This document shows, in pieces, positions 46,060 to 54,079 of a stretch of 64,000 bases of DNA. The stretch lies in the IMG/VR virus record IMGVR_UViG_2897328257_000003, one strand, 5' to 3'. The DNA is from a virus. Taxonomy: Duplodnaviria; Heunggongvirae; Uroviricota; Caudoviricetes. The notes beneath the pieces are model-generated. The model saw nothing but the letters and a program-made list of their open reading frames with translations. It searched no databases and was not told the origin of the DNA. The number at the start of each line of letters is the position of its first letter. Position 1 is the first letter of the stretch. The position numbers and the translations under genes were made by a program.

Positions 46060-47804
46060 AACTGGCACCGAACGTAAAAAAACAGCCACGCGGAATAAAA
46101 CACAAAGACACAGAGGTGATTATTTTCGCGGGTAGTGATGCGTGGGCACATGCAAAACAGTGGCAGGAGCAGGACGGCCCCGCATCCGGCGATAATGTGC
46201 CTCCTGTGTGGCTTGGGCCAAATCAGCTTGCCGAACTTGATGCACTGCAAATTGTTCCTGATGGAAAAAAACGCGTAAGGCTGTACCAGGCAGGAGAACT
46301 GGACTTGGTGGAGACCAAAAAGATTGGTCAGAAGCTGGCGGCGGCAGATATTCAGGACACAAATTTTTACCCCGAAGGAATGCACGCCCAGAAGTGTGAA
46401 AACTGGCGGCGCTATCTGAATGCTGAGCGTGAAAATATTGCCGCAGGGCTTACCATGCCGGAGCAGAAAAATACGCAACTGGCACAAATGGCAGACAGTG
46501 AGCGCGCCCAGCTGCTTGCTGGTCGATTTGATGGCGTTTGCGTACATCCTGAAAGTGAAATCGTTCACGTATGGCGCGGCGGGGTATGGTGTCCGGTCAG
46601 CACAATGGAACTTAGCCGCGAAATGGTGGCGATCTATTCAGAGCACAGGGCCACTTTCAGCAAGCGCGTAATCAATAACGCCGTGGAAGCGTTAAAAGTT
46701 ATTGCCGAACCAATGGGCGAGCCGTCTGGCGATTTGCTGCCGTTCGCCAATGGTGCGCTTGACCTGAAAACAGGGGAATTTTCCCCGCACACGCCGGAGA
46801 ACTGGATCACCACGCACAACGGCATTGAGTACACGCCACCAGCACCAGGGGAGAACATCCGCGATAACGCGCCAAACTTTCATAAATGGCTTGAGCACGC
46901 AGCCGGAAAAGACCCGCGCAAGATGATGCGTATATGTGCCGCGCTGTACATGATTATGGCGAACCGGTACGACTGGCAGATGTTTATTGAGGCCACCGGA
47001 GACGGCGGGAGCGGTAAAAGTACATTCACACACATAGCCAGCCTTCTGGCAGGGAAACAGAACACGGTAAGCGCTGAAATGACATCGCTTGATGATGCTG
47101 GTGGACGTGCGCAGGTTGTCGGGAGTCGTCTTATCGTCCTGGCTGACCAGCCGAAATATACAGGCGAAGGAACGGGCATCAAGAAAATCACAGGCGGCGA
47201 CCCCGTGGAAATTAACCCGAAATATGAAAAGCGTTTCACGGCGGTAATCAGGGCGGTGGTGCTGGCGACCAACAACAACCCGATGATATTCACCGAACGG
47301 GCCGGAGGTGTGGCACGTCGTCGCGTGATTTTCCGTTTCGACAATATCGTCAGTGAGGCCGAAAAAGACAGGGAGCTACCGGAAAAGATTGCGGCTGAAA
47401 TCCCCGTTATTATCCGCCGATTGCTGGCGAACTTTACCGACCCTGAGAAGGCACGGGCTTTACTACTGGAACAGCGTGACGGTGATGAAGCACTGGCAAT
47501 AAAGCAACAGACGGATCCGGTTATTGAGTTTTGCCAGTTCCTGAATTTTCTGGAGGAAGCGCGCGGCCTGATGATGGGTGGCGGTGGTGATTCAGTGAAG
47601 TACACGACCAGGAACAGCCTTTACCGCGTCTATCTGGCGTTTATGGCATACGCGGGCAGGAGCAAACCGCTAAACGTGGCTGAGTTCAGCAAGGCCATGA
47701 AGCCAGCGGCGAAAGTTTACGGGCATGAATATATTACGCGAAAAGTTAAGGGAGTAACGCAGACCAACGCAATTACAACAGACGATTGCGACGCGTTTTT
47801 ATAA
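46056..47804 (+). CDS. P4-family phage/plasmid primase / replication initiator with P-loop NTPase domain
   Basis: 582 aa; Walker A FIEATGDGGSGKST; N-terminal region (VIIFAGSDAWAHAKQWQEQDG) shared with island-2 primase, central region divergent. Confidence 0.85.
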   Translation: MKLAPNVKKQPRGIKHKDTEVIIFAGSDAWAHAKQWQEQDGPASGDNVPPVWLGPNQLAELDALQIVPDGKKRVRLYQAGELDLVETKKIGQKLAAADIQDTNFYPEGMHAQKCENWRRYLNAERENIAAGLTMPEQKNTQLAQMADSERAQLLAGRFDGVCVHPESEIVHVWRGGVWCPVSTMELSREMVAIYSEHRATFSKRVINNAVEALKVIAEPMGEPSGDLLPFANGALDLKTGEFSPHTPENWITTHNGIEYTPPAPGENIRDNAPNFHKWLEHAAGKDPRKMMRICAALYMIMANRYDWQMFIEATGDGGSGKSTFTHIASLLAGKQNTVSAEMTSLDDAGGRAQVVGSRLIVLADQPKYTGEGTGIKKITGGDPVEINPKYEKRFTAVIRAVVLATNNNPMIFTERAGGVARRRVIFRFDNIVSEAEKDRELPEKIAAEIPVIIRRLLANFTDPEKARALLLEQRDGDEALAIKQQTDPVIEFCQFLNFLEEARGLMMGGGGDSVKYTTRNSLYRVYLAFMAYAGRSKPLNVAEFSKAMKPAAKVYGHEYITRKVKGVTQTNAITTDDCDAFL

Positions 47805-48075
47805 TTTTTTGTAAAAGCCATCTACCCCATCTACCTGAACGAAATAAACGCATATTATTCAACATGATAAGTGGGTATAGGGCTAGGTAGAAGGCTAATA
47901 AAAGCTCTCTACCTCTTCTACCTGATTTTATCAGTTTCAGGTAGCAGGGTAGACGGCAGGTAGAGGAGTCAAAAAAGCTATCTACCCGCTGAAAGCGGCG
48001 CCATTACTGACATGATGAGCATTCGGGTAGATGGGTAGAGGGGGGGGAGGCACAACTAAAAACTTTTTAAACGAG
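47805..48075. repeat. Iteron array, putative island-1 replication origin
   Basis: At least 10 copies of TCTACC/GGTAGA-type motifs in both orientations (catctaccccatctacc, ggtagaagg, ctctacctcttctacc, caggtagcagggtagacggcaggtagagg, cgggtagatgggtagagg) directly after the primase gene. Confidence 0.65.
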
Positions 48076-48090
48076 GGGGGGTGAAAATAA

Positions 48091-48405
48091 ATGCGCATAC
48101 ATAAAAATCACTTAACAAACATGCCAGCCGAATACATGAATCAGGGGCGACAAATGACCCAAAAACGCAGAGACAGAACAGAGCCAAAATATAAAGCGTT
48201 AGACATGACTGAGCACACCTTAAAGGTGGCAATCAGAACGATAGACCGCCACACGCGGGAAGGATACGCGAAGGAACATCCCGACCTGATAAGCGCATTC
48301 ATGACCACGGCGGCGGCAAACTTTGCCACGCTGACAGAACGGGAGATTGCCGAAGCGGAACAGGTAACAACCATCAACGTTAAAACCGGAGAGGTGGAAT
48401 TATGA
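48091..48405 (+). CDS. Hypothetical protein conserved in both islands (upstream of ssb)
   Basis: C-terminal two-thirds nearly identical to island-2 ORF 59484-59729 (EGYAKEHPDLISAFMTTAAANFATLTEREIAEAEQVTTINVKTGE); SD gaggggggg. Confidence 0.55.
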   Translation: MRIHKNHLTNMPAEYMNQGRQMTQKRRDRTEPKYKALDMTEHTLKVAIRTIDRHTREGYAKEHPDLISAFMTTAAANFATLTEREIAEAEQVTTINVKTGEVEL

Positions 48406-48812
48406 CGGCACAGATAGCCGCTTACGGGCGGCTGGTGGACGACCCGCTGGTAAAACAGAGCAGCAAGGGCACACCGATGACTCTGGCGCGTATGGCGGTA
48501 TCGTTGCCATGCAGCCAGGCACATGACGGACAGGCGACGTTATGGTTATCGGTTATCGCATTTGGCAAACAGGCCGATTTCCTGGCTAAACATCAAAAAG
48601 GCGATGTTGCCAGCGTATCCGGCACGATGCAGGTAAGCCAGTGGACCGGACAGAACGGGGAAACACGGCAGGGGTATCAGGTTATTGCGGACAGCGTAAT
48701 CAGTGCCCGCGCGGCACGTCCTGGCGGGAACAGACGCAAAGCCACAGGCACACAGGGTAATCAGCCACCAGCGGGAGGTGATGACCCTTACGGTGATGAT
48801 ATTCCGTTCTGA
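48402..48812 (+). CDS. ssb: Single-stranded DNA-binding protein (SSB-like OB fold with C-terminal DDIPF tail)
   Basis: 136 aa; OB-fold pattern (GRLVDDP...W..V.AFGKQADFLAKH.KGD.V.V.G.....W....G) and the hallmark acidic C-terminus ...GDDIPF, as in E. coli SSB (DDDIPF). Confidence 0.75.
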   Translation: MTAQIAAYGRLVDDPLVKQSSKGTPMTLARMAVSLPCSQAHDGQATLWLSVIAFGKQADFLAKHQKGDVASVSGTMQVSQWTGQNGETRQGYQVIADSVISARAARPGGNRRKATGTQGNQPPAGGDDPYGDDIPF

Positions 48813-48822
48813 GGGGGTGACG

Positions 48823-49095
48823 ATGGCACATGACCGCATAGCGGAGGAACTCGAGGCAAAAGGCTTTTACCGGAGGGCGGCGGCGCGATGGGGTGAAGTC
48901 ATGCAACTGGTGGAGACAGACAAGGAACGGCATCAGGTTACGATGCGACGGCTGGAATGTTCCAGGAAGGCACAGAGGCCACCGGAGCCGCCGGATAACT
49001 TCGGAGACCTGAGAAAGGCAGTCGATCGCACTTATGCTGAAATGGGTATGGATGGTGTAAGCGATGAAATATGGCGTAATTACACAGACAGCTAA
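48823..49095 (+). CDS. PerC/Pch-family-like transcriptional regulator (putative)
   Basis: 90 aa from the ATG after SD gagggggtga; motif AEELEAKGFYRRAAARWGEVM resembles the conserved core of PerC-family activators. Recalled family signature, not searched. Confidence 0.5.
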   Translation: MAHDRIAEELEAKGFYRRAAARWGEVMQLVETDKERHQVTMRRLECSRKAQRPPEPPDNFGDLRKAVDRTYAEMGMDGVSDEIWRNYTDS

Positions 49096-49100
49096 TCAAC

Positions 49101-49125
49101 AGCCGGAGCAATCCGGCTTTTTGTT
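49101..49125 (+). terminator. Rho-independent terminator (agccggagcaatccggc + T-run)
   Basis: 6-bp GC-rich stem gccgga/tccggc, 4-nt loop, then TTTTT; the same hairpin recurs at 60418 and 62332. Confidence 0.6.
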
Positions 49126-49344
49126 ATTTTTTGTAAATTATTTGTTCGTGGTTGTTCCACGTTGTTCACTGAGCGGATCGGCATATTTTACCCGAACTGA
49201 ATCATGATTATTCTCGCCCGTGGTGCCAGGACGCTGGGGCCACTTTCCCGCCTGTTAATGTGCCCGCCAATATTCATTACCAGGCGGGAAAACGATCGGT
49301 GCGATTGCTGATTTCCTTATGAAAAACGGTTGAGTGTTTGCCGC

Positions 49345-49382
49345 GTCCTGGAGTTCCTTACTTAACCCCAGGACTTTTTTTT
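49345..49382 (+). terminator. Hairpin plus T8 tract abutting the capsid gene start (terminator/attenuator-like)
   Basis: gtcctgg-N15-ccaggac followed by tttttttt then ATG (49383); no SD for the capsid gene; half-site gttgagtgttt at 49329-49341 resembles the island control palindrome. Confidence 0.4.
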
Positions 49383-50540
49383 ATGCAGAGAATAATCGAA
49401 TTACGCCAGCAGAAAACCGCCATTAAAAATCAGATGCGTGACATGCTGGAGAACGCGGAAAAAGAAAACCGCAGTCTTAACGATGCTGAGGGCGCAAAAT
49501 TTGACGAATTACGCGCTAAAGCTGAATCCCTCGATAAAGACATTTCCCGCCTTGAAGCCATTGCAGACGAAGAGCGCAGCAAGCCAGCTAAAAGCAGTCA
49601 GACCACTGACCCCGCAGAACTACGCAACTACATTCTGACAGGTGAAACCCGCGCATTAAGTACAGGCGTTCCCGCTGATGGTGGTTATACCGTTATCCCC
49701 GAGCTGAACACCGAAATCATGCGAATGCTGGCGGATGAATCCACCATGCGCCGCATCTGTACCGTGAAGAAAATCAGCAGCAACGAGTTTAAGCAGCTTG
49801 TTTCCGCTGGCGGTGCGACCGTTAACCACGGTGAAGAGGCTAAGGCACGCGAACAGACCAGCACCCCGCAGATTAACGAGGTGAGCATTAAGCTGTATCC
49901 GGTCTATGCGTACCCGCGCACCACACAGGAAATCGTGGATTTTTCCGATGTGGACATCCTTTCATGGCTGACGGGCGAGATTGGCGACACCTTCACGGAA
50001 ACCGAAGAAAGCGATCTGGTTGTGGGCGACGGTGACAAAAAAGCAAAAGGTTTTTTATCCGTACCCCGTGCAGAGAAGAACGACAAAGAGCGTGATTTTG
50101 GTACGTTGCAGGTAATTAAACCTTCCGAATCTCTGGCGTGGACATCTGCGGACCCGCTGATCGACCTGAAATTTGCATTACGTAAAAAATACCGCAAAAA
50201 CGCGGTCTGGGTGGTTAACTCCACGACGGCGGCAAAACTTCAGAAGGTGAAGAACGCGAACGGTGATTACATCTGGCGCGACCGTTTACAGGCGGGTGAT
50301 CCTGATACGTTGCTGGGCCTTCCGGTCGAATATCTGGAGTTTATGCCTGATAACGTTATTGCCCTGGGTGACTTCAAACGCGGTTACTACATTGTTGATC
50401 ACGAAACAGGTGTTCGCACCAGACCGGACAACCTCACAGAGCCGGGTTTCATCAAAATTTTCACGCAGAAATATTTAGGCGGTGGCGTGGTGGATTCGAA
50501 CGCGATCAAGATTCTGGAACTGCCACAGGACGACGATTAA
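49383..50540 (+). CDS. Major capsid protein, HK97 family
   Basis: About 385 aa; N-terminal coiled-coil delta-like region (ELRQQKTAIKNQMRDMLENAEKE...LDKDISRLEA) followed by typical HK97-fold MCP body; start refined from the six-frame ORF at 49338. Confidence 0.88.
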   Translation: MQRIIELRQQKTAIKNQMRDMLENAEKENRSLNDAEGAKFDELRAKAESLDKDISRLEAIADEERSKPAKSSQTTDPAELRNYILTGETRALSTGVPADGGYTVIPELNTEIMRMLADESTMRRICTVKKISSNEFKQLVSAGGATVNHGEEAKAREQTSTPQINEVSIKLYPVYAYPRTTQEIVDFSDVDILSWLTGEIGDTFTETEESDLVVGDGDKKAKGFLSVPRAEKNDKERDFGTLQVIKPSESLAWTSADPLIDLKFALRKKYRKNAVWVVNSTTAAKLQKVKNANGDYIWRDRLQAGDPDTLLGLPVEYLEFMPDNVIALGDFKRGYYIVDHETGVRTRPDNLTEPGFIKIFTQKYLGGGVVDSNAIKILELPQDDD

Positions 50541-50594
50541 CAGCATACAGAAGGGGCTTAAAAGCCCCTTTAGTGTTTTATGGGTGAAAAATTT

Positions 50595-51152
50595 ATGAAG
50601 AGTATGGAAATCCGGTCATCGGAAATCACTACCAGCGGCAGCAACACGCTTACAGGCTACGTTGTTCGCTGGGATAAGCTTTCAGAACTGTTATGGGGTG
50701 AGTTTTACGAAAAATTCCAGCGGGGGGCGTTTACTGAATGGCTTGCGGCGGGTAATGACGTTCGCGGCCTGTATGAGCATGACCACAGTATGTTACTGGG
50801 GCGCACCCGTTCCGGCACGCTGAAACTGGAAGAGGATGAAACAGGGTTACGCTTTGAACTGACCCCACCGGATACCAGTACAGGGCGCGACGTTATCGAA
50901 CTGGTTAAACGTGGTGATATATCCGGCATGAGCTTTGGCTTTCGCTCCCGTAAGGATGTATGGGATACCACAACAGATCCATGCGTGCGCACCGTGCTGG
51001 TGGCGGAACTGTACGAAATTACCGTTACATCGGTACCGGCTTACCCCGATTCCGGCGTGGAGCTGGCCCGCCGTTCCCTGTATGAGCAGCACCCCGAAAA
51101 AATGCCGCGTGCGGATAATCGCCGCTGGTGGGTGGATTTAGCGGGGGTGTGA
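50595..51152 (+). CDS. Prohead maturation protease, HK97 family
   Basis: About 185 aa; pattern GYVVRWD...F.E.F..GAF......DVRGL.EHD...LLGRT.SGTL.LEED..GL.FEL.PPDT..GRDV.ELV.RGD.SGMSFGF matches prohead proteases. Confidence 0.85.
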   Translation: MKSMEIRSSEITTSGSNTLTGYVVRWDKLSELLWGEFYEKFQRGAFTEWLAAGNDVRGLYEHDHSMLLGRTRSGTLKLEEDETGLRFELTPPDTSTGRDVIELVKRGDISGMSFGFRSRKDVWDTTTDPCVRTVLVAELYEITVTSVPAYPDSGVELARRSLYEQHPEKMPRADNRRWWVDLAGV

Positions 51153-51153
51153 T

Positions 51154-52365
51154 ATGTGGCCTTTCAGAAGAAAAAAAGAGCAGCGCAGCATGACGCTTGA
51201 TGAATTTATGGCGCTGGCTGGCACATCGAACACGGGGGCGGGTGAGTACGTATCATCGGGGACAGCGGAATCACTGCCTGCCGTCATGAACGCCGTTACG
51301 GTCATCTCTGAGGCGGTGGCTACTATGCCATGCTACCTGTACCTGGTACGCAATGAGAAGGGGAAGGAGGCCCGCGAGTGGCTTGATTCTCATCCGGTCG
51401 ATCACATCCTCAACGAGCGCCCGAACGCATGGCAAACCCCCTACCAGTTTAAGCGAATGATGATCCGCCACTGCCTGTTAAACGGTAATGCTTATGCGGT
51501 TATTCAGTGGGGGCGTGATGGTTTTCCGGCGGCTTTACATCCTTACCCGCCGCAGTCGGTGAACGTGGAGCAGACAGGCGAACACAACTGGCGCTATTGC
51601 ATCACTGACGCCTACACCGGAAACACCCACAACTATTTACCGTGGGAAGTACTTCACCTTCGTTACTCCACGGATGACGGCTTTATGGGGCGCTCACCTG
51701 TAACCATCTGCCGCGAATCGCTGGGGCTTGGGCTGGCCCAACAACGCCACGGCGCGAGCGTGATGCGTGATGGCATGATGGCGGCAGGGGTTATCACGTC
51801 AGGCGAATGGCTGGACGGCGTGAAGGGCAAACAGGCATTAGCCGCACTGGAACGCTACAAAGGGGCCAGAAACGCCGGAAAAACGCCCATCCTTGAAGGG
51901 GGGATGAGCTATCAGCAGCTGGGCATGAGTAATCAGGATGCTGAATGGCTGGCCTCCCGTCGCTTTACCATTGAAGACATCGCCCGAATGTTCAACGTCT
52001 CGCCGATTTTTTTGCAGGAATACAGCAACAGCACCTACAGCAATTTCAGCGAGGCAAGCCGCGCATTTCTCACCATGACGATGCGCCCGTGGCTGGCGAA
52101 CTTTGAGCAGCAGATAAAAAACGCCCTGCTGGTGGCCTCGCCTGTACCTGGTATCCGGTATCAGGTGGAGTTTGACAGCGCGGACCTGTTACGGGCCACA
52201 CCTGGCGAACGCTTTGCCACCTATGAGCGCGGCATCAAATCCGGCGTTATGTGCCCGAACGAAGCCCGCGAACGTGAAGGACTGTCACCGCGTGATGGTG
52301 GTGATGAGTTCAGTCAGGCATGGAAACAGGAAGTAAAAATCAGCGAGGGAGAAAAACCGGAATGA
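51154..52365 (+). CDS. Portal protein, HK97 family
   Basis: 403 aa, SD gcgggggtg; size and sequence character of HK97-type portals; directly follows the protease. Confidence 0.88.
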   Translation: MWPFRRKKEQRSMTLDEFMALAGTSNTGAGEYVSSGTAESLPAVMNAVTVISEAVATMPCYLYLVRNEKGKEAREWLDSHPVDHILNERPNAWQTPYQFKRMMIRHCLLNGNAYAVIQWGRDGFPAALHPYPPQSVNVEQTGEHNWRYCITDAYTGNTHNYLPWEVLHLRYSTDDGFMGRSPVTICRESLGLGLAQQRHGASVMRDGMMAAGVITSGEWLDGVKGKQALAALERYKGARNAGKTPILEGGMSYQQLGMSNQDAEWLASRRFTIEDIARMFNVSPIFLQEYSNSTYSNFSEASRAFLTMTMRPWLANFEQQIKNALLVASPVPGIRYQVEFDSADLLRATPGERFATYERGIKSGVMCPNEAREREGLSPRDGGDEFSQAWKQEVKISEGEKPE

Positions 52366-52700
52366 ACATAGGGCGACTGCGTGACAGGATAACGATTCAG
52401 ACCCTGAAACAGACCAGAGCCATGACGGGCGAAATACTCGAAACGTGGGAGGACGGTCACACACTCTGGGCAAGCGTGAACATGATCAGCAGCAAGGAGG
52501 CCATTTCATCGGGCGCAGAGCTGGCGATTGGTACCGTAAGGATCTGGATACGGTACCGGAAGGACATCAACGCCACCAGCCGGATAAAGGTCAGTACGGG
52601 GCCGCTGGCGGGGCGTGTACTGAATATCATCGGGCAGCCGTTGCCGGATGTCGCCAGGACACGCCTTGAAATTCTTTGTCGTGAGGGCGCGGAAAAATGA
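52362..52700 (+). CDS. Head-tail adaptor / head closure protein
   Basis: 112 aa starting MNIGRLRDRITIQ (typical GRLR.R.TIQ head-tail joining motif); ATGA overlap with portal stop. Confidence 0.7.
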   Translation: MNIGRLRDRITIQTLKQTRAMTGEILETWEDGHTLWASVNMISSKEAISSGAELAIGTVRIWIRYRKDINATSRIKVSTGPLAGRVLNIIGQPLPDVARTRLEILCREGAEK

Positions 52701-52993
52701 CAGAAGAACTTATCACCCTGGAAGAAGTGAAACTCCATTGCCGTATCGATGGAGACGAGGAAGACCAGTTAATCAGCGGATACATTGCCGCATCGCTTGA
52801 GGCGTGCCAGATACACATAGGCAGGCGCTTTGATGACGGGCTGGAGTTCACGCCAGCCATAAAGATTGGCTGCATGATGTTTATCGCTCACCTGTATGAG
52901 AATCGCCAGATTGTCGCGGATAACGCAAAAACACGCGTACCCATGACGATTGGCGCACTCTGGACGGCTTACCGTGATGTGGGGGTGTACTGA
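52697..52993 (+). CDS. Head-tail connector protein (gp6-like)
   Basis: 98 aa, LEEVKLHCRIDGDEEDQLI... typical of gp6-like connectors; overlapping starts/stops with neighbours. Confidence 0.7.
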   Translation: MTEELITLEEVKLHCRIDGDEEDQLISGYIAASLEACQIHIGRRFDDGLEFTPAIKIGCMMFIAHLYENRQIVADNAKTRVPMTIGALWTAYRDVGVY

Positions 52994-53433
52994 TGCCGTG
53001 GCAACCATTAAGACGATGCACAGAACCAGGCTGTAACAGGCGCGTTAAATCCGGCAAGTGTGAGGAGCACAGGCGGGCGGCATGGCGTGCAGAGGATGCC
53101 AGACGAGGACACCGCCGCGCGCGTGGATATTCCAGACAGTGGGACAAATACCGCGCCATGTATCTGAGTAAAAACCCGTTATGCGTGCGATGCCTTGAGA
53201 AGGGGATATATACGCCCGCCGTGGTGGTGGATCACATTATCCCGATTAATGGCGGTGATGATGTTCTCTTCTGGCCCGAATGGAACCATCAACCATTGTG
53301 CCAGGCGTGTCATAACCAGAAAACGAAATGGCTTGATCCGGCAACAAAAAGCAAGCGTGCCGCAGGTGGATTTCGTGAAGAGGAAGAACGGGCCGCTAAC
53401 CGCAATAACTGGATGTATGACGCTGATGAATGA
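52993..53433 (+). CDS. HNH endonuclease (terminase-associated)
   Basis: 146 aa; Cys pairs and HNH core (VVDHIIPINGGDD...NHQPLCQACHNQKTKW); immediately upstream of TerS/TerL as in HNH-dependent cos packaging modules. Confidence 0.85.
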   Translation: MPWQPLRRCTEPGCNRRVKSGKCEEHRRAAWRAEDARRGHRRARGYSRQWDKYRAMYLSKNPLCVRCLEKGIYTPAVVVDHIIPINGGDDVLFWPEWNHQPLCQACHNQKTKWLDPATKSKRAAGGFREEEERAANRNNWMYDADE

Positions 53434-53722
53434 GCGGGAACAAAACCGCCTTATCCGTGGACTTATAAGGCAGCGTGACGCATGGAAGACACAGGAAACA
53501 GGGCATAAAGATAAAGCGTCAGGACGCGCAGAACGCATCACAGCGAAGCGATTAACCGACCGTGACCGCGAGGTTATGGAATGTTTCCGCAATCGCTGAT
53601 GAGGCTGTATGACGGGGTGGGGGGCGTTTTCAGGACAAACCCGACCCCGCCGGGCACCGAACGCCTCCTCAAATTTTTATGCACGGGAATTTTTTGAAAA
53701 ATAATCTGGCGAAAAAATAAGC

Positions 53723-54079
53723 ATGGCAAGACCACCGAAAGCCCCCGCCTACCTGGATGACATCGCCGTGAAGCAGTGGCGGGAAAAATCGCGGCAGCTT
53801 GCGGAACGGGGAGACCTGACCCCCGCCGACTGGAGCAATCTGGAACTGTATTGCGTCAACTACTCCATTTACCGGAAAGCCGTTGCAGACCTTGCGGCGC
53901 GCGGGTTCAGCATTGTTAACAGTCAGGGCGGCGAGAGCAGAAACCCCGCATTAAGCGCAAAATCCGACGCTGAAAGAGTGATGATAAAAATGGCCTCCTT
54001 GCTCGGTTTTGACCCGATAAGCCGCCGTAAAAATCCACCGGAAACAGAAGAAGAGGACGAGCTTGACCGCCTGGAATAA
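53723..54079 (+). CDS. Terminase small subunit, P27 family
   Basis: 118 aa; pattern ...W.E..RQL.ERGDLT.AD...LELYCVNYSIYRKA...L...G..........NPA........M.KMAS.LGFDP.SRRK matches P27-family TerS. Confidence 0.8.
   Translation: MARPPKAPAYLDDIAVKQWREKSRQLAERGDLTPADWSNLELYCVNYSIYRKAVADLAARGFSIVNSQGGESRNPALSAKSDAERVMIKMASLLGFDPISRRKNPPETEEEDELDRLE

Noticed and set aside
47805-48075. Possible CRISPR array (short repeated motifs)
   Set aside because: Repeats are 6-9 bp, irregularly spaced and in both orientations, with no unique spacers of constant length and no cas genes; they fit replication-origin iterons instead.
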